Of a stretch of 64,000 nt of DNA, positions 10,873 to 20,668 are shown piece after piece (within the stretch, counting starts at the first letter, position 1; the number at the start of each line of letters is the position of its first letter). This stretch comes from Tetramitus jugosus (lineage: Eukaryota > Protista > Heterolobosea), in contig OW569366.1 of the NCBI GenBank assembly GCA_937625935.1, forward strand, positions 186,001 through 250,000, given 5' to 3'. Made by a program: the position numbers and the translations under genes. The notes beneath the pieces are model-generated. The model was not told where the DNA came from and did no database searches. It saw only the letters and a program-made list of their open reading frames with translations.

Positions 10873-12221
10873 TTCTCGATTGCGTCCGCAGAGTGTCATT
10901 GTTGTTTCTCCTTTGTTGTGGTGAAGAGGTGAAGGAGAGTCGTGAGACAGCTCCGTTTCACCCCATTCACATAAATTCTTGCTTTTTTTGGCCACTGCTA
11001 CTTCGCCAATGGCACTCGTTTCGATGCCCATCATACCTGTTAGAAGTTCTTTGCTAGTCCACCGCAGTGGGCTTTCTTCCGTTTTTCCGTTCTTGAGTCT
11101 AACGTTGTCGAACCATATGTCGATACAACTTTCAGCCGACAGTCCCATTAGTTCCTTACTCGTGAGGCCGGGATCTTGTTGGCAGCAGTGTCACCAACGG
11201 TGACACGTGCTGATCGCTTCTTGTGTTCGTTGAGTTGGGGACTCTGTAACTCACAGTCGGGGTTACTGAGATCCAACTCAACTGGATCTTCATTGGTGGT
11301 TGTGCTTCTTGCACGATCCACCATGATTGCTCGGGCAGCAATCTCTTTCTTGACTTTCTTGAACACCTCGGAGGTGTTCAATACTAGCTCGAGGATTGCT
11401 CTGTTACGAGCATCCTCATCAATGTTGTTGTTGGTTGGCTCTTGGGTGACCGTAGTTGGAGTGGCGGGGTGGGACTCCGGCATGGTCGACTCCCAGTCAT
11501 CGGTCGTAGACGGAGTCGAAGGTTCGAATTCGGAGATTCGCTCCGGCGTCCTTGGAGACGGGGATGCGAGGGGAATCCGGTTGACGGAAGCCATATCTTT
11601 TAACACACTGACTTGGTGGCGCAGGTCGTCCACCACAGCCAGTAGCTCTTGGTACATCTTGGTCAGCCTCTTGCTGACAGTCTTGACAGGATCACGTGGG
11701 CGTGGAAGGAAGCGCTTTGCTTCCACCTCCACTGGCATGGATTGAACGTTCCGAAGCAAAGCTTCGGCATACGTTTCGGACTCCATCACAACAAAGGCGG
11801 TGTTGTGCTTCTTGAGCACGTTCTTGACCTTTGTTGTGCCAATCATGGCCTTGATGTCGTCCTCCGTCTTACGTTTGACACCGTGGAGGACAACCTTCTT
11901 GGCACAATCTACGTTGTGCTTGAGTGCTGCCTTGCAGCCACTCATCTTCTTGTTGCGGTTGAAGGATTCAACAAATGGGTAAATATTGTCATCACAACAA
12001 ACCTCTTGGGGCCCTTCTTGATGACTTGGACCCTGGTGAGCAAATCACCAAAATCCAAGCCAATCTTCTTGGCCAAGGCAGCCTTGAGAGTCATCACACT
12101 TTCCAGTGATGATGACCTCCTTGCTGCTTGGTGCAGTTCCTCTTGGTGCTGTGGTCCACACAGCATAGCGTGGATTCTCATACTCACGAACAACAGGGGT
12201 GTGTGTGCGTTTTTTCAGCGG
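10873..12221 (-). mobile_element. Internally deleted non-LTR copy 2 (ORF1 plus last ~85 codons of ORF2), head-to-head with tRNA-Lys
   Basis: ORF1 (REYENPRYAVWTTAPRG..., frameshifted) is joined directly to MGLSAESCIDIWFDNVRLKNGK...LLTGMMGIET...YVNGVKRSCLTTLLHLFTTTK*, homologous to the end of ORF 7517-9139. Confidence 0.88.
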
Positions 12222-12274
12222 CGTGTTCATCAATTAAGAGTGGTCACGACTTTCAAGGTTTCTTCAATATCCAA

Positions 12275-12347
12275 GCCCGTCTAGCTCAGTCGGTAGAGCG
12301 CAAGGCTCTTAACCTTGTGGTCGAGGGTTCGAGCCCCTCGGTGGGCG
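12275..12347 (+). tRNA. tRNA-Lys (anticodon CTT)
   Basis: GCCCGTCTAGCTCAGTCGGTAGAGCG-CAAGG-CTCTTAA-CCTTG-TGGTC-GAGGGTTCGAGCCCCTC-GGTGGGCG; TTTT at 12354-12357. Confidence 0.97.
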
Positions 12348-12443
12348 ATGTCCTTTTGCCTGCGACTGAGCCAATATGACGGATTTTTTTTATTTACAAC
12401 GAGTTTTACAATGTATTTACAATAAACACACTATAAAATACAA

Positions 12444-13501
12444 TCAAAAATCAAAAGAAAGAGAACATCTTGTCATTATATTGCTGAGCATTGCTCTGGC
12501 GATATGGTTGACGACAATTTTGTCAGTGCTGGTGTCTCGCTCATTCATCAGAGCAACCAACTTCGAATGCACCTTCTCATCCTCCTGTAGAGCCCTACAC
12601 CAATTATACTTACCAATGAACCTTTGCCAGGTCTTCAATTCAACACTCTCCTGCTTCAAAATCAGTTTGATCATCAATGATAGATCCATCAAGTGCTTAT
12701 CTGTGGTGTATACACCCTTGACTTCACCTCCAAAACAGAGCTTGTATCCGCTGAACTCTAACTCTTGCTGAGGAACCAGAATGGACTTGGTTACATTGAT
12801 GGGCAATCCTCATCCAATTTGATGTTGGTGTAACACGATTTGATATCAATCGATGCCGCATAGGAGTATCTTTCGACCAACAACACTAGATCTTTGCGTG
12901 TTGGTAGTTTGCAATCCGCCTCTAGAATGTACTTGTTGAGCTCAGTGAAATCCAAGATTTCTCTGGGTCGAGAAGGATCAGACTCTCTGGGTATGATTCT
13001 CATTGGAGCAATGAAATACGCTTCCTCCTTTGGTATCTCTATCAACACACCACTAGCCACATACTCGTTCACTCGAGAATCCATCACCTGGCACATTTCT
13101 CCTTTGATCTTGTTGATGATCATTCGAGACAACTTCTTACGGACAAAAGATTCTGGCTGATAGAATCTAACAGTCATCCCAGTCTTGAGAATCTCCTCGG
13201 CCGATTGCCAGAATGGTCTACTGATCATACCAGTCCTGTTCTTCCCCTTTCCCTTACCTTTCCTTGTTTCTCTCGCCTCAACCACATAGGTAGTGTCCTC
13301 GCCAACATTCATCTGATCATGCTTTGCAGCTTGCTCATTTCTTTGCAACATCTGGATGGTGGATGTTAAATCCGGGACACACTGTTGCTCCTGAGGTTGA
13401 TCATCACTTGATTCCCTAGAGGAGAGTCTCTGGGCATCAACTATTGCGTTAAGTGCTCCAATCAAGTATCCTACTGCTTCACGCCACTTATTGTTTTCCA
13501 T
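12444..13501 (-). pseudogene. DIRS/Ngaro-like reverse transcriptase with central (PFG/YxDD) deletion and frameshift
   Basis: FIAPMRIIPRESDPSRPREILDFTELNKYI...ASIDIKSCYTNIKL (domains 1-3) jumps at about 12805 to INVTKSILVPQQELEFSG (DIRS-type N..KS.L.P.Q..EFLG) and WQRFIGKYNW. Confidence 0.8.
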
Positions 13502-13708
13502 TACTATTGTTGTTATGTTTCAAAAGCAATTATCTTACATCACATCAACTCCTTAAATAAAACCAAACAAACTAAACAAACCAAAACAGTTCCTCATCTC
13601 CAACCCATCGAAACATCAACACATCAAGTCCTCTACATTCCTATTTAAACAAATTGTTGTTCCCCTGTCCAGTAAACCATCACAATTACTTGTTCTTTTG
13701 TTTTTTTT

Positions 13709-14395
13709 ATGTCTGCAGTTAATTGTTTGATAACGATCGATGGTGGGGTTGCACCAAGAAATGCTCTCAAATCAGTAAGAGAATGCATATATATCCTCTC
13801 ATCCACAGAGTGTGCAGGTGCTAAAATAGGCCAAAGTACAGATATGTACAACAGACTGAGGAAGTTGTTGACCAAGGTACTTGTCTTGGATGTGGTCTTG
13901 GATGTGTTTGTTGTAAATAATTGTGTTGCTTGGGAACGTTTTATCCACAGTTGGCTGCGTAACAGGCTTATTGCTGGGGAGGTGTTTGACACCAATAGAG
14001 AGGAGGCAATCTGGTGCTTGAAACATTGCTTTGGAATGCAATTGGATAGCAATGCTTTTGTACCTGTTCGATCGAGGTATTTCTCCATTTTCGTGAATCA
14101 AGTGCCACAGGTCTCATTGCCACAACATCCACATCTTATGGTTGTCTCGGTTCCTGGTCTTGAGAGAGTGTTGTTGTACTTTACCGAGTCTCCGCGATCG
14201 TGGTTCGAAGAGTTCCTCGCCAGCAGTCTCCACACTCATTGTATACTTGACGCATACAACGTGGGTCTTCTGTTGAAGGATACAACAGTAGAATCAGTGA
14301 AGGAGGATCTCGGAGCTACAACATTAACTGGTTGGGTCATCAATAAAACGAGGGCTCAGGTAGTTGACTTCCTTAACTCCATGATGTTGAGGTAG
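13709..14395 (+). CDS. T5orf172/MUG113-type GIY-YIG superfamily protein with C-terminal extension
   Basis: CIYILSS...AKIGQSTDMYNRLRKL...WERFIHSWLRNRLIAGEVF fits the family pattern YI...KIG....R...E..lH..l......GE.F. Intact 228-aa ORF. Confidence 0.75.
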   Translation: MSAVNCLITIDGGVAPRNALKSVRECIYILSSTECAGAKIGQSTDMYNRLRKLLTKVLVLDVVLDVFVVNNCVAWERFIHSWLRNRLIAGEVFDTNREEAIWCLKHCFGMQLDSNAFVPVRSRYFSIFVNQVPQVSLPQHPHLMVVSVPGLERVLLYFTESPRSWFEEFLASSLHTHCILDAYNVGLLLKDTTVESVKEDLGATTLTGWVINKTRAQVVDFLNSMMLR

Positions 14396-14614
14396 ACAGT
14401 ATACAATGAGTATACAACGAGATTGTTGCTTGTCGGATTGTCTCCAAAATATAGGAGGATATAGGATATACAATTACCACAAAAACCATTCAACAATCAT
14501 GAAAAGTTACAATTCTTTGAAGGAGTTGTACTAGAGATTTTTTTTCTCTAAAAAAAAAAAAAACACAATAGAAACTGTAATACAATTAACGCTTTATTTT
14601 GGCGGCAAAATAAA

Positions 14615-16172
14615 CCTCGGTGGGCGATGTTCTTTTGCTTTGGGCGAAATTCGTGTAAAATCCGTTTTTTTACAACGAGTTTTACAATGTATTTACAATA
14701 GGAATATTGGTCAGTGATTTCGACGAGATTCTTTCGGGTTGGCAACTTGCAGTCTGAATCAAGGATGAATTGATTCAGTTCAGAAAAGTCGAGACCTCTC
14801 TTCGACGGCTTGGATCTGATGTTCGTGGAACTACACCAATGGATGCAATGAACAATGGAATTTCTACTAGAATACCCTCCTTCGCGAGTTGAAGTATCAA
14901 TCAACTGAATATTCGAGCCTTTGACCCATTGAGGATCATTGGTTGACGAAACTTGCTGCGAATAATGGCTTCTGGCTTGTAAAATCGAATCGTCATTCCT
15001 TCCTGCAAGATTTCTTGTGGTGTCAGTATGGTCGACTCAGTTTCTCTACCTTCGCAGGAACCTTTTTGTTCTTTTCATTGCCCAGACTAGTAGGCACAGG
15101 ACCAGTAGTTAACTTGAAGCGCTTTGAGATCCTTGTCTAATCCAAAATGCTCCAGCCTTATTAATCCCATCTATCACCCATCAACTCATTTTAATCTATT
15201 ACAAACTATTACAATCCATCAACAGCCATCACACAAACAATAAATAGACACAAAAGAATCTCATGGCCGCACTCAGCGCATTCACTCAAACTTAACCACT
15301 TGTTTCTTTATTGTTTTTGTTTTATGATTAGTTGTGCTATTACTTTTAGATCTATTATAGAGAGAGTCAAATGCAATGTTCAAGCACAAGATTACCCCCT
15401 CTCTATTTGTGTCAAACATTTATCCAGCAATAAACCTGCTACACAGCCAACTGTGAATGAAACCACAATTGTATTCAAAAAACACATCTAGCACCTTGGT
15501 CAACAATCTCCTCAGTCTGTTGTACATATCTGTACTTTGACCTATTTAAGCACCTCGAACCTCGCGGGATGACAACATATAGATACATTGGTGGATAGTG
15601 ATGCTTTTAAACCTGTTAGATCGAGATACTTCTCCATTTTCGTGAATCAAGTGCCATAGGTCTCATTGCCACAACATCTTCATCTTATGGTTGTCTCAGT
15701 TCCTGGTCTAGAAAGTATTGTTGTACTTTGCTGAGTCTCCGCGATCAAGGTTCGAAGAGTGCCTGGCCAGTCAATCTCATTGTATACTTGAAGCATACAA
15801 CGTGGGTCTTCTGTTGAAGGCTACAACAGTAGAATCAGTGAAAGAGGACCTCGGAGCAACAACATTATCCGGTTGGGTCATCAATAAAACGATGGCTCAG
15901 GTAGTTGACTTCCTTAACTCCATAATGTTGAGGTAGACAGTATACAATGAGTATACAACGAGTTGGACCTACGGAACCATCTTGTTGCTTGTCGGATTGT
16001 CTCCAAAATATAGGAGGATATAGGATATACAATTACCACAAAAAACATACAAAATCATGAAAATTTACAATTCTTTGAAGGAGTTGTACTAGAGATTTAT
16101 TTCTAAAAAGAACAAAAAATAGAAACTGTAATGCAAGGAATGCTTTATCTTGGCGGCAAAATAAACCTTGGT
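14615..16172. mobile_element. Unit B: more decayed tandem paralog of unit A
   Basis: Same left end. RT relic EILQEGMTIRFYKPEAIIR / LDFSELNQFILDSDCKLPTRK on -. Nuclease 5' half inverted (about 15372-15590). 15593-16165 closely matches 14044-14614. Ends with hairpin plus CCTTGGT. Confidence 0.8.
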
Positions 16173-16425
16173 CCCATCGTTTGGCCTCTGATTGTTTTTG
16201 GTTACAATTGTGTGTATTTACAATATTGATCATGATGCACCAATGACCGGGAGCTGACTATATGCACACCGAGATGGCACTAGATAGGATCAAACAATGA
16301 CAGCACTGTTGATGCTACACGGGTGGACCTATTGAGTGTCAAAAAAGGCCGTGGATCCCACCGAAAAGCAATCAATAGATCTGATGACACCAAATTCTCT
16401 GTAGAATACAAGCTAGACACATTGT

Positions 16426-17853
16426 TTATTGAGTACCGCATGAAACGCCCTGTCCTCTGTGATCTTCCTCATCGTCAGAGTCGTAGGCTTGTCTTTGTTG
16501 ACCCTTGGATGATGAATCGAACACTGGTTCTTCCAAGTAATGCTCCTCCTGATCACTGTCAATCTCCATCTTGGTTGCGTTCGGATTGCCCAAAACAGCA
16601 GACAACTTTTGAATGGCATCCATTGGTATCTTCTCAGGGAACTCAACATCAAACTGGATCAACAACAATCCCTTGTCGAATGGATTACGGTATTGTGGCA
16701 TACCTTCATTCTTGATCTGCTTGATTTGGCCTGGTTTGATGACTTCACCCTTGGCCGACTTGATCAACAGCTTGCGCTTATCCAAATGATTCACCACAAA
16801 CTCGACACCAGTCAACGCCTCAGACAGACTAATCTTCTTCTTGATAATCAAATTTTGACCATCACGCTTAAACACTGCGTGTGACTTTTCTTGTAAAATG
16901 AATTGAATGTCTCCAGCAATGACACCTGGTCTCTCATCTGCCTCATTCTCAAACACAATCTTTTGTTCATTCTTCATTCCCTTGTCAATATCGACTTGGA
17001 TCGTCTTTGTCTCTGAAACAACCTTTTTTCCATTGCAACTCTTGCAAATAAACTTCTTGTCCATAGTCTTACCTGCTCCCTCACACTGGTTGCACTCTCT
17101 TCTGGATTGGGTGACAAAGCCAGGGGCGACTTGTCTCACCTCATTAATAATACCCACACCGTTGCATCTCTTGCACTCGACCACAGCTTCCTTCTTTGTA
17201 GCTCCAATACCGTCACATGGCTTACAGATGCGTGTTCGTGTAATACGGATTTTTCTTGTGGCGCCATTGTAAAGTTCTTCGAGAGTGACGGGCAATCCTT
17301 GACGCACGGTTTCACCCTTTTGAGGTCCACTGTGCTGATGTCTTCTGCCACTTGGACCACCACCACCACCACCACCAAATGGAAATCCAAAGAAGCTACC
17401 AAAGTCTTCAAATCCCATACCTCCTGATCCATTGTCCTTCATTCCCTCTTCACCAAACTTGTCAAACAATTCTCTCTTGTTGGCATCAGAGAGTGTCTCA
17501 TAGGCATCATTGATGTCTGTAAACTTTTCTGGTGGGGCATTTGGATTCAAGTCAGGATGAAACTAGAAAGCAAGAAAAAAAAACATGGGTGTGAGCATGT
17601 TGCGGTTGTTGCAGCAGTAGTGGCGCGATTTTTGGCGCCAAAAGCCTGTGTGTGATTTTTTTGTGTCCAGTGGAAACAAGAAAAAAAGAGAGACGGCTTT
17701 CTCTTCCAACACACACACAAGGAAATGTCTTTCCGGAGAGATTAGGGATCATGTGCCACATACCTTTCTTGCCAATTTTTTGTATGAAGTTCTAATTTCG
17801 TCGGCAGATGCATTCTTTTGCACTTCCAAAATCGCATAAAAATCTCTTCCCAT
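16426..17853 (-). CDS. dnaJ: Type I Hsp40/DnaJ (DNAJA/Ydj1-like), 2 exons (intron 17563-17763)
   Basis: MGRDFYAILEV...KKLARK|FHPD, G/F-rich region, four CxxCxGxG-type repeats, C-terminal CaaX CGTQ; GT-AG intron. Confidence 0.97.
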
Positions 17854-18168
17854 TATTGTTGTAGCTTTCACTTAGATGTGGTGGTGTGTGAGTGAGACGA
17901 CGTTGTCGTTGTTAGTTGTTGTTTTGTGACGATGCTCGTTGTTTTTTTTCGTGTTCAAGAGTGTTCAAGAAACTAGAACAAAGAAGTGCGTGGTGGGGAA
18001 TCTGAAGATCCCGTCAAGTGAATATTCCTGAGCGCCGCCAATTTTCCATTCCAAAATACAACGACAGTGCGCCTTTGCAGTTTTGCTCAAAGTTGTTGTA
18101 TCGATTCAATTGAAGCGTTGTGTTTATTATTAAATAAGGAACGTTGATAGGGAGTCAAATAGAAAATC

Positions 18169-19914
18169 TTAGTGGGCTTGAACTTTGTGTCCAGTTGGTT
18201 GGTAGTGCTCACTCTTTTGGAATGAGAGGATGCAGTTGTCGGCTGGCATCAAAGTTGGAGTGAAAATAATCTCATCGGATATTGGTGTTCTAGTACGAGT
18301 CCATGTGCTATTTCTGCAGAAGACAGCCAAGAAGCAAATTTGTTGATTGACAGCATATTGGCGGCCAAGACACATGTGAGGTCCAGTTCCGAATGGCAAA
18401 AAGTACTTTCCGTGCTTAATGTCTTCCGCTCTCTCACTACCCCATCGCTCTGGATCGAATTTGTGTGCATCAGTGAATCCTTGGAAGTGAGACTCATAGA
18501 TACTACCCATGAGAACAGATCCCTTTGGAACAGTGACATCCTTGGTCAACTTGTATTCTTCAGCGGCAACGTGAGGCATCATAGTGGTTGGCACTCTAAA
18601 TCTCAGATTTTCATGCACAACTTGTCTAGTGTACTCCATTTGTTCCAACAATTCTTGAGTCAATGGTTCGTCATTTGGTCTCAATCTCAATTGTTCTTCT
18701 TTAATCTTCTCAAACACTTCTGGATGTTGATCAACGAGAGCCAACAACCAAGTGAGAGCAGAAGTAGTAGCATCTTGACTAGCAAACAAAAAGTCCAAAA
18801 CAGTGCATGCAATCTTATTCGTATCCGTAAATTCAACTGTTTCTCCAGTCTTTTCCAATCTGCGCTGTTCTTCCATCCAAAAATCGAGCAAACATGTTGG
18901 AGCAGCATCATCGGCCATTCTGACCTTTGCCAACTCGACACATCTCTCCAAAATGGAAACAACCTTCTTTCTTGCTTGAATGGCCTTCCATTGAGTACCA
19001 CCTGGATAAGCAATTGGGATACACAACAAACCATCATTCATTTTCAAGTAAGCCTCAGCCATGTCAGCAGACTCTGCCTCAGTCAAGTATGTACCAACAA
19101 ACACTTCACATGAAGTCTCCAGAATCAAATCTCTCATCTCGGTTCTCACTTGTTCAGGTGCTGTTCTAGCCAAAAGCTTTTCAAGCTTTTCTCTCGTGTG
19201 TCTCTCTTGCATTGTCAAATAGGTGGACAATGCCTTGGTAGTAAACAAAGGAAGCAATTGCTTACGGAGAGCCACATGCTCTGGTCCATGCATGAAAGCA
19301 ATATTGTTGCTTCCCAAAATTTTTTCTGCGCCAAAAATCAAAAACAAGCGCAACTTTCCCTCTTGATTCATGAACACCTTACGAATCAGATCGTTATCTG
19401 TCAAATAGTAGACAAGCCTAAAATTAGCAACACACGAGAAATTATTTCGTGATCATCAGGATGATATCAATAGCAAGTGGGGATGATGACACCAATAGAT
19501 ACATGATGATCAACACAGTTGTAGTACAAATTCGTGTGTGACGTCACACATGATCAAGTAGTAATGATGATGATCAAGTTGCGTTTGAGATGAGATCACA
19601 ATAGCGAGATTGAAATAAAGAGAATCATATGATTGTTAGCAAATCTACAACAATCATCATCATACACAAAAAGAGAAATCAACATACTGTCCACCCAAGC
19701 TATTCCAACTGACTGGACCATATTGTCCTTGTTTTTCATAAAATTGCCAAGGTGTCCAAATCATGGATATCGTTTGACCAATGATTGGTAAGACCCATTT
19801 TGGACCAGGTATGGACTTTGTGTGCTTATAAACCCAAATCTGTTCCCATATCATGTAGAAAACAGCAGCAAAGAATAGGATTAATCCTACATCAAGTAAT
19901 GTAAAGTCTGCCAT
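18169..19914 (-). CDS. CYP710: Cytochrome P450 sterol C-22 desaturase (CYP710/ERG5 type), intron 19418-19687
   Basis: N-terminal TM plus IPGP, I-helix LDFLFASQDAT, ENLR, heme motif FGTGPHMCLG. Confidence 0.92.
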
Positions 19915-20668
19915 AGCTCTTAATCAAGTGTTGTTTTATCGAAGTATATAAATATAGCTATTGTTGTTTGTTTGTTTGTTTGTTTGTATTTGTGTTTTGT
20001 CAAATATAAAAATGTGTGTGCGATCGTTTTTTTGACTTGGCGATTTGCAGGATGCTGCAGGTGGACAATGGAGGAGGTGGAGGAATGCGTAGCTTTCTTT
20101 CTACCTCCAACTCATTAACAGAAGGGAGTGTGAATGAATCGGTCAGTGAGGACCATAGATAAGTCGCGGAAACCCCGGTTGTAACTGCGTTCGGGAGTGC
20201 GGGCAAACAGAAATGGGCCTTACTTCCGCCATTCTTAATGTTCCTGCTCGGACAATTGTTTGTAGCTCACATAAAGTTTCCGAAGCGAAGGAATTCAATG
20301 TTGAACGGCACCGAACACTACGAAACGATAAAAACCCCATCTTGGAGGTATCAACTAGACCCAGTAAAAAGAGCGATGATATCTTTACGGTTGTTGCTTT
20401 CAGAATGTTTGACAGTAAAATTCGAGCTCGAAGAGTCAAAGAGCTGAACTGGACCCAGAGATGCTGTGTCTAGGAGTCAAATCCAGACGTCCTTCTACAG
20501 TCAATGAAACGAAGAAAAACGTCAATTTTCGAATTCTTATGGTCAAAAAGATAGGCATGTCTAATTCTTTTCCTATCAGGGAATTCACTACCCGAATCTT
20601 AATTGTGACATTGACGAGATTCGTTAGGAGAAAAATGCAAGCATTTGGTGGAAACACGAAAGATCAAG

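Larger units (their letters stand above)
12336..14614. mobile_element. Unit A of tandem tRNA-3'-end-anchored element (DIRS-like RT plus T5orf172 nuclease)
   Basis: Starts CCTCGGTGGGCGATGT.CTTTTGC, then TTTACAACGAGTTTTACAATGTATTTACAATA; ends in hairpin TTTATTTTG-GCGG-CAAAATAAA. All of these recur in unit B. Confidence 0.8.

Noticed and set aside
12444-14395. Penelope-like element (RT plus GIY-YIG)
   Set aside because: The RT motifs are DIRS/LTR-type, and the nuclease is a separate opposite-strand T5orf172-type ORF.
12336-16172. Prophage/ICE or CRISPR interpretation of the direct repeats
   Set aside because: Eukaryotic context, no integrase, phage or cas genes, and no repeat-spacer array.
18340-19113. 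Long antisense ORFs over CYP710, dynein and other genes
   Set aside because: Shadow frames of real genes.
20100-20660. Short overlapping ORFs or ncRNA upstream of CYP710
   Set aside because: No motifs or recognisable RNA structure; likely promoter or intergenic.
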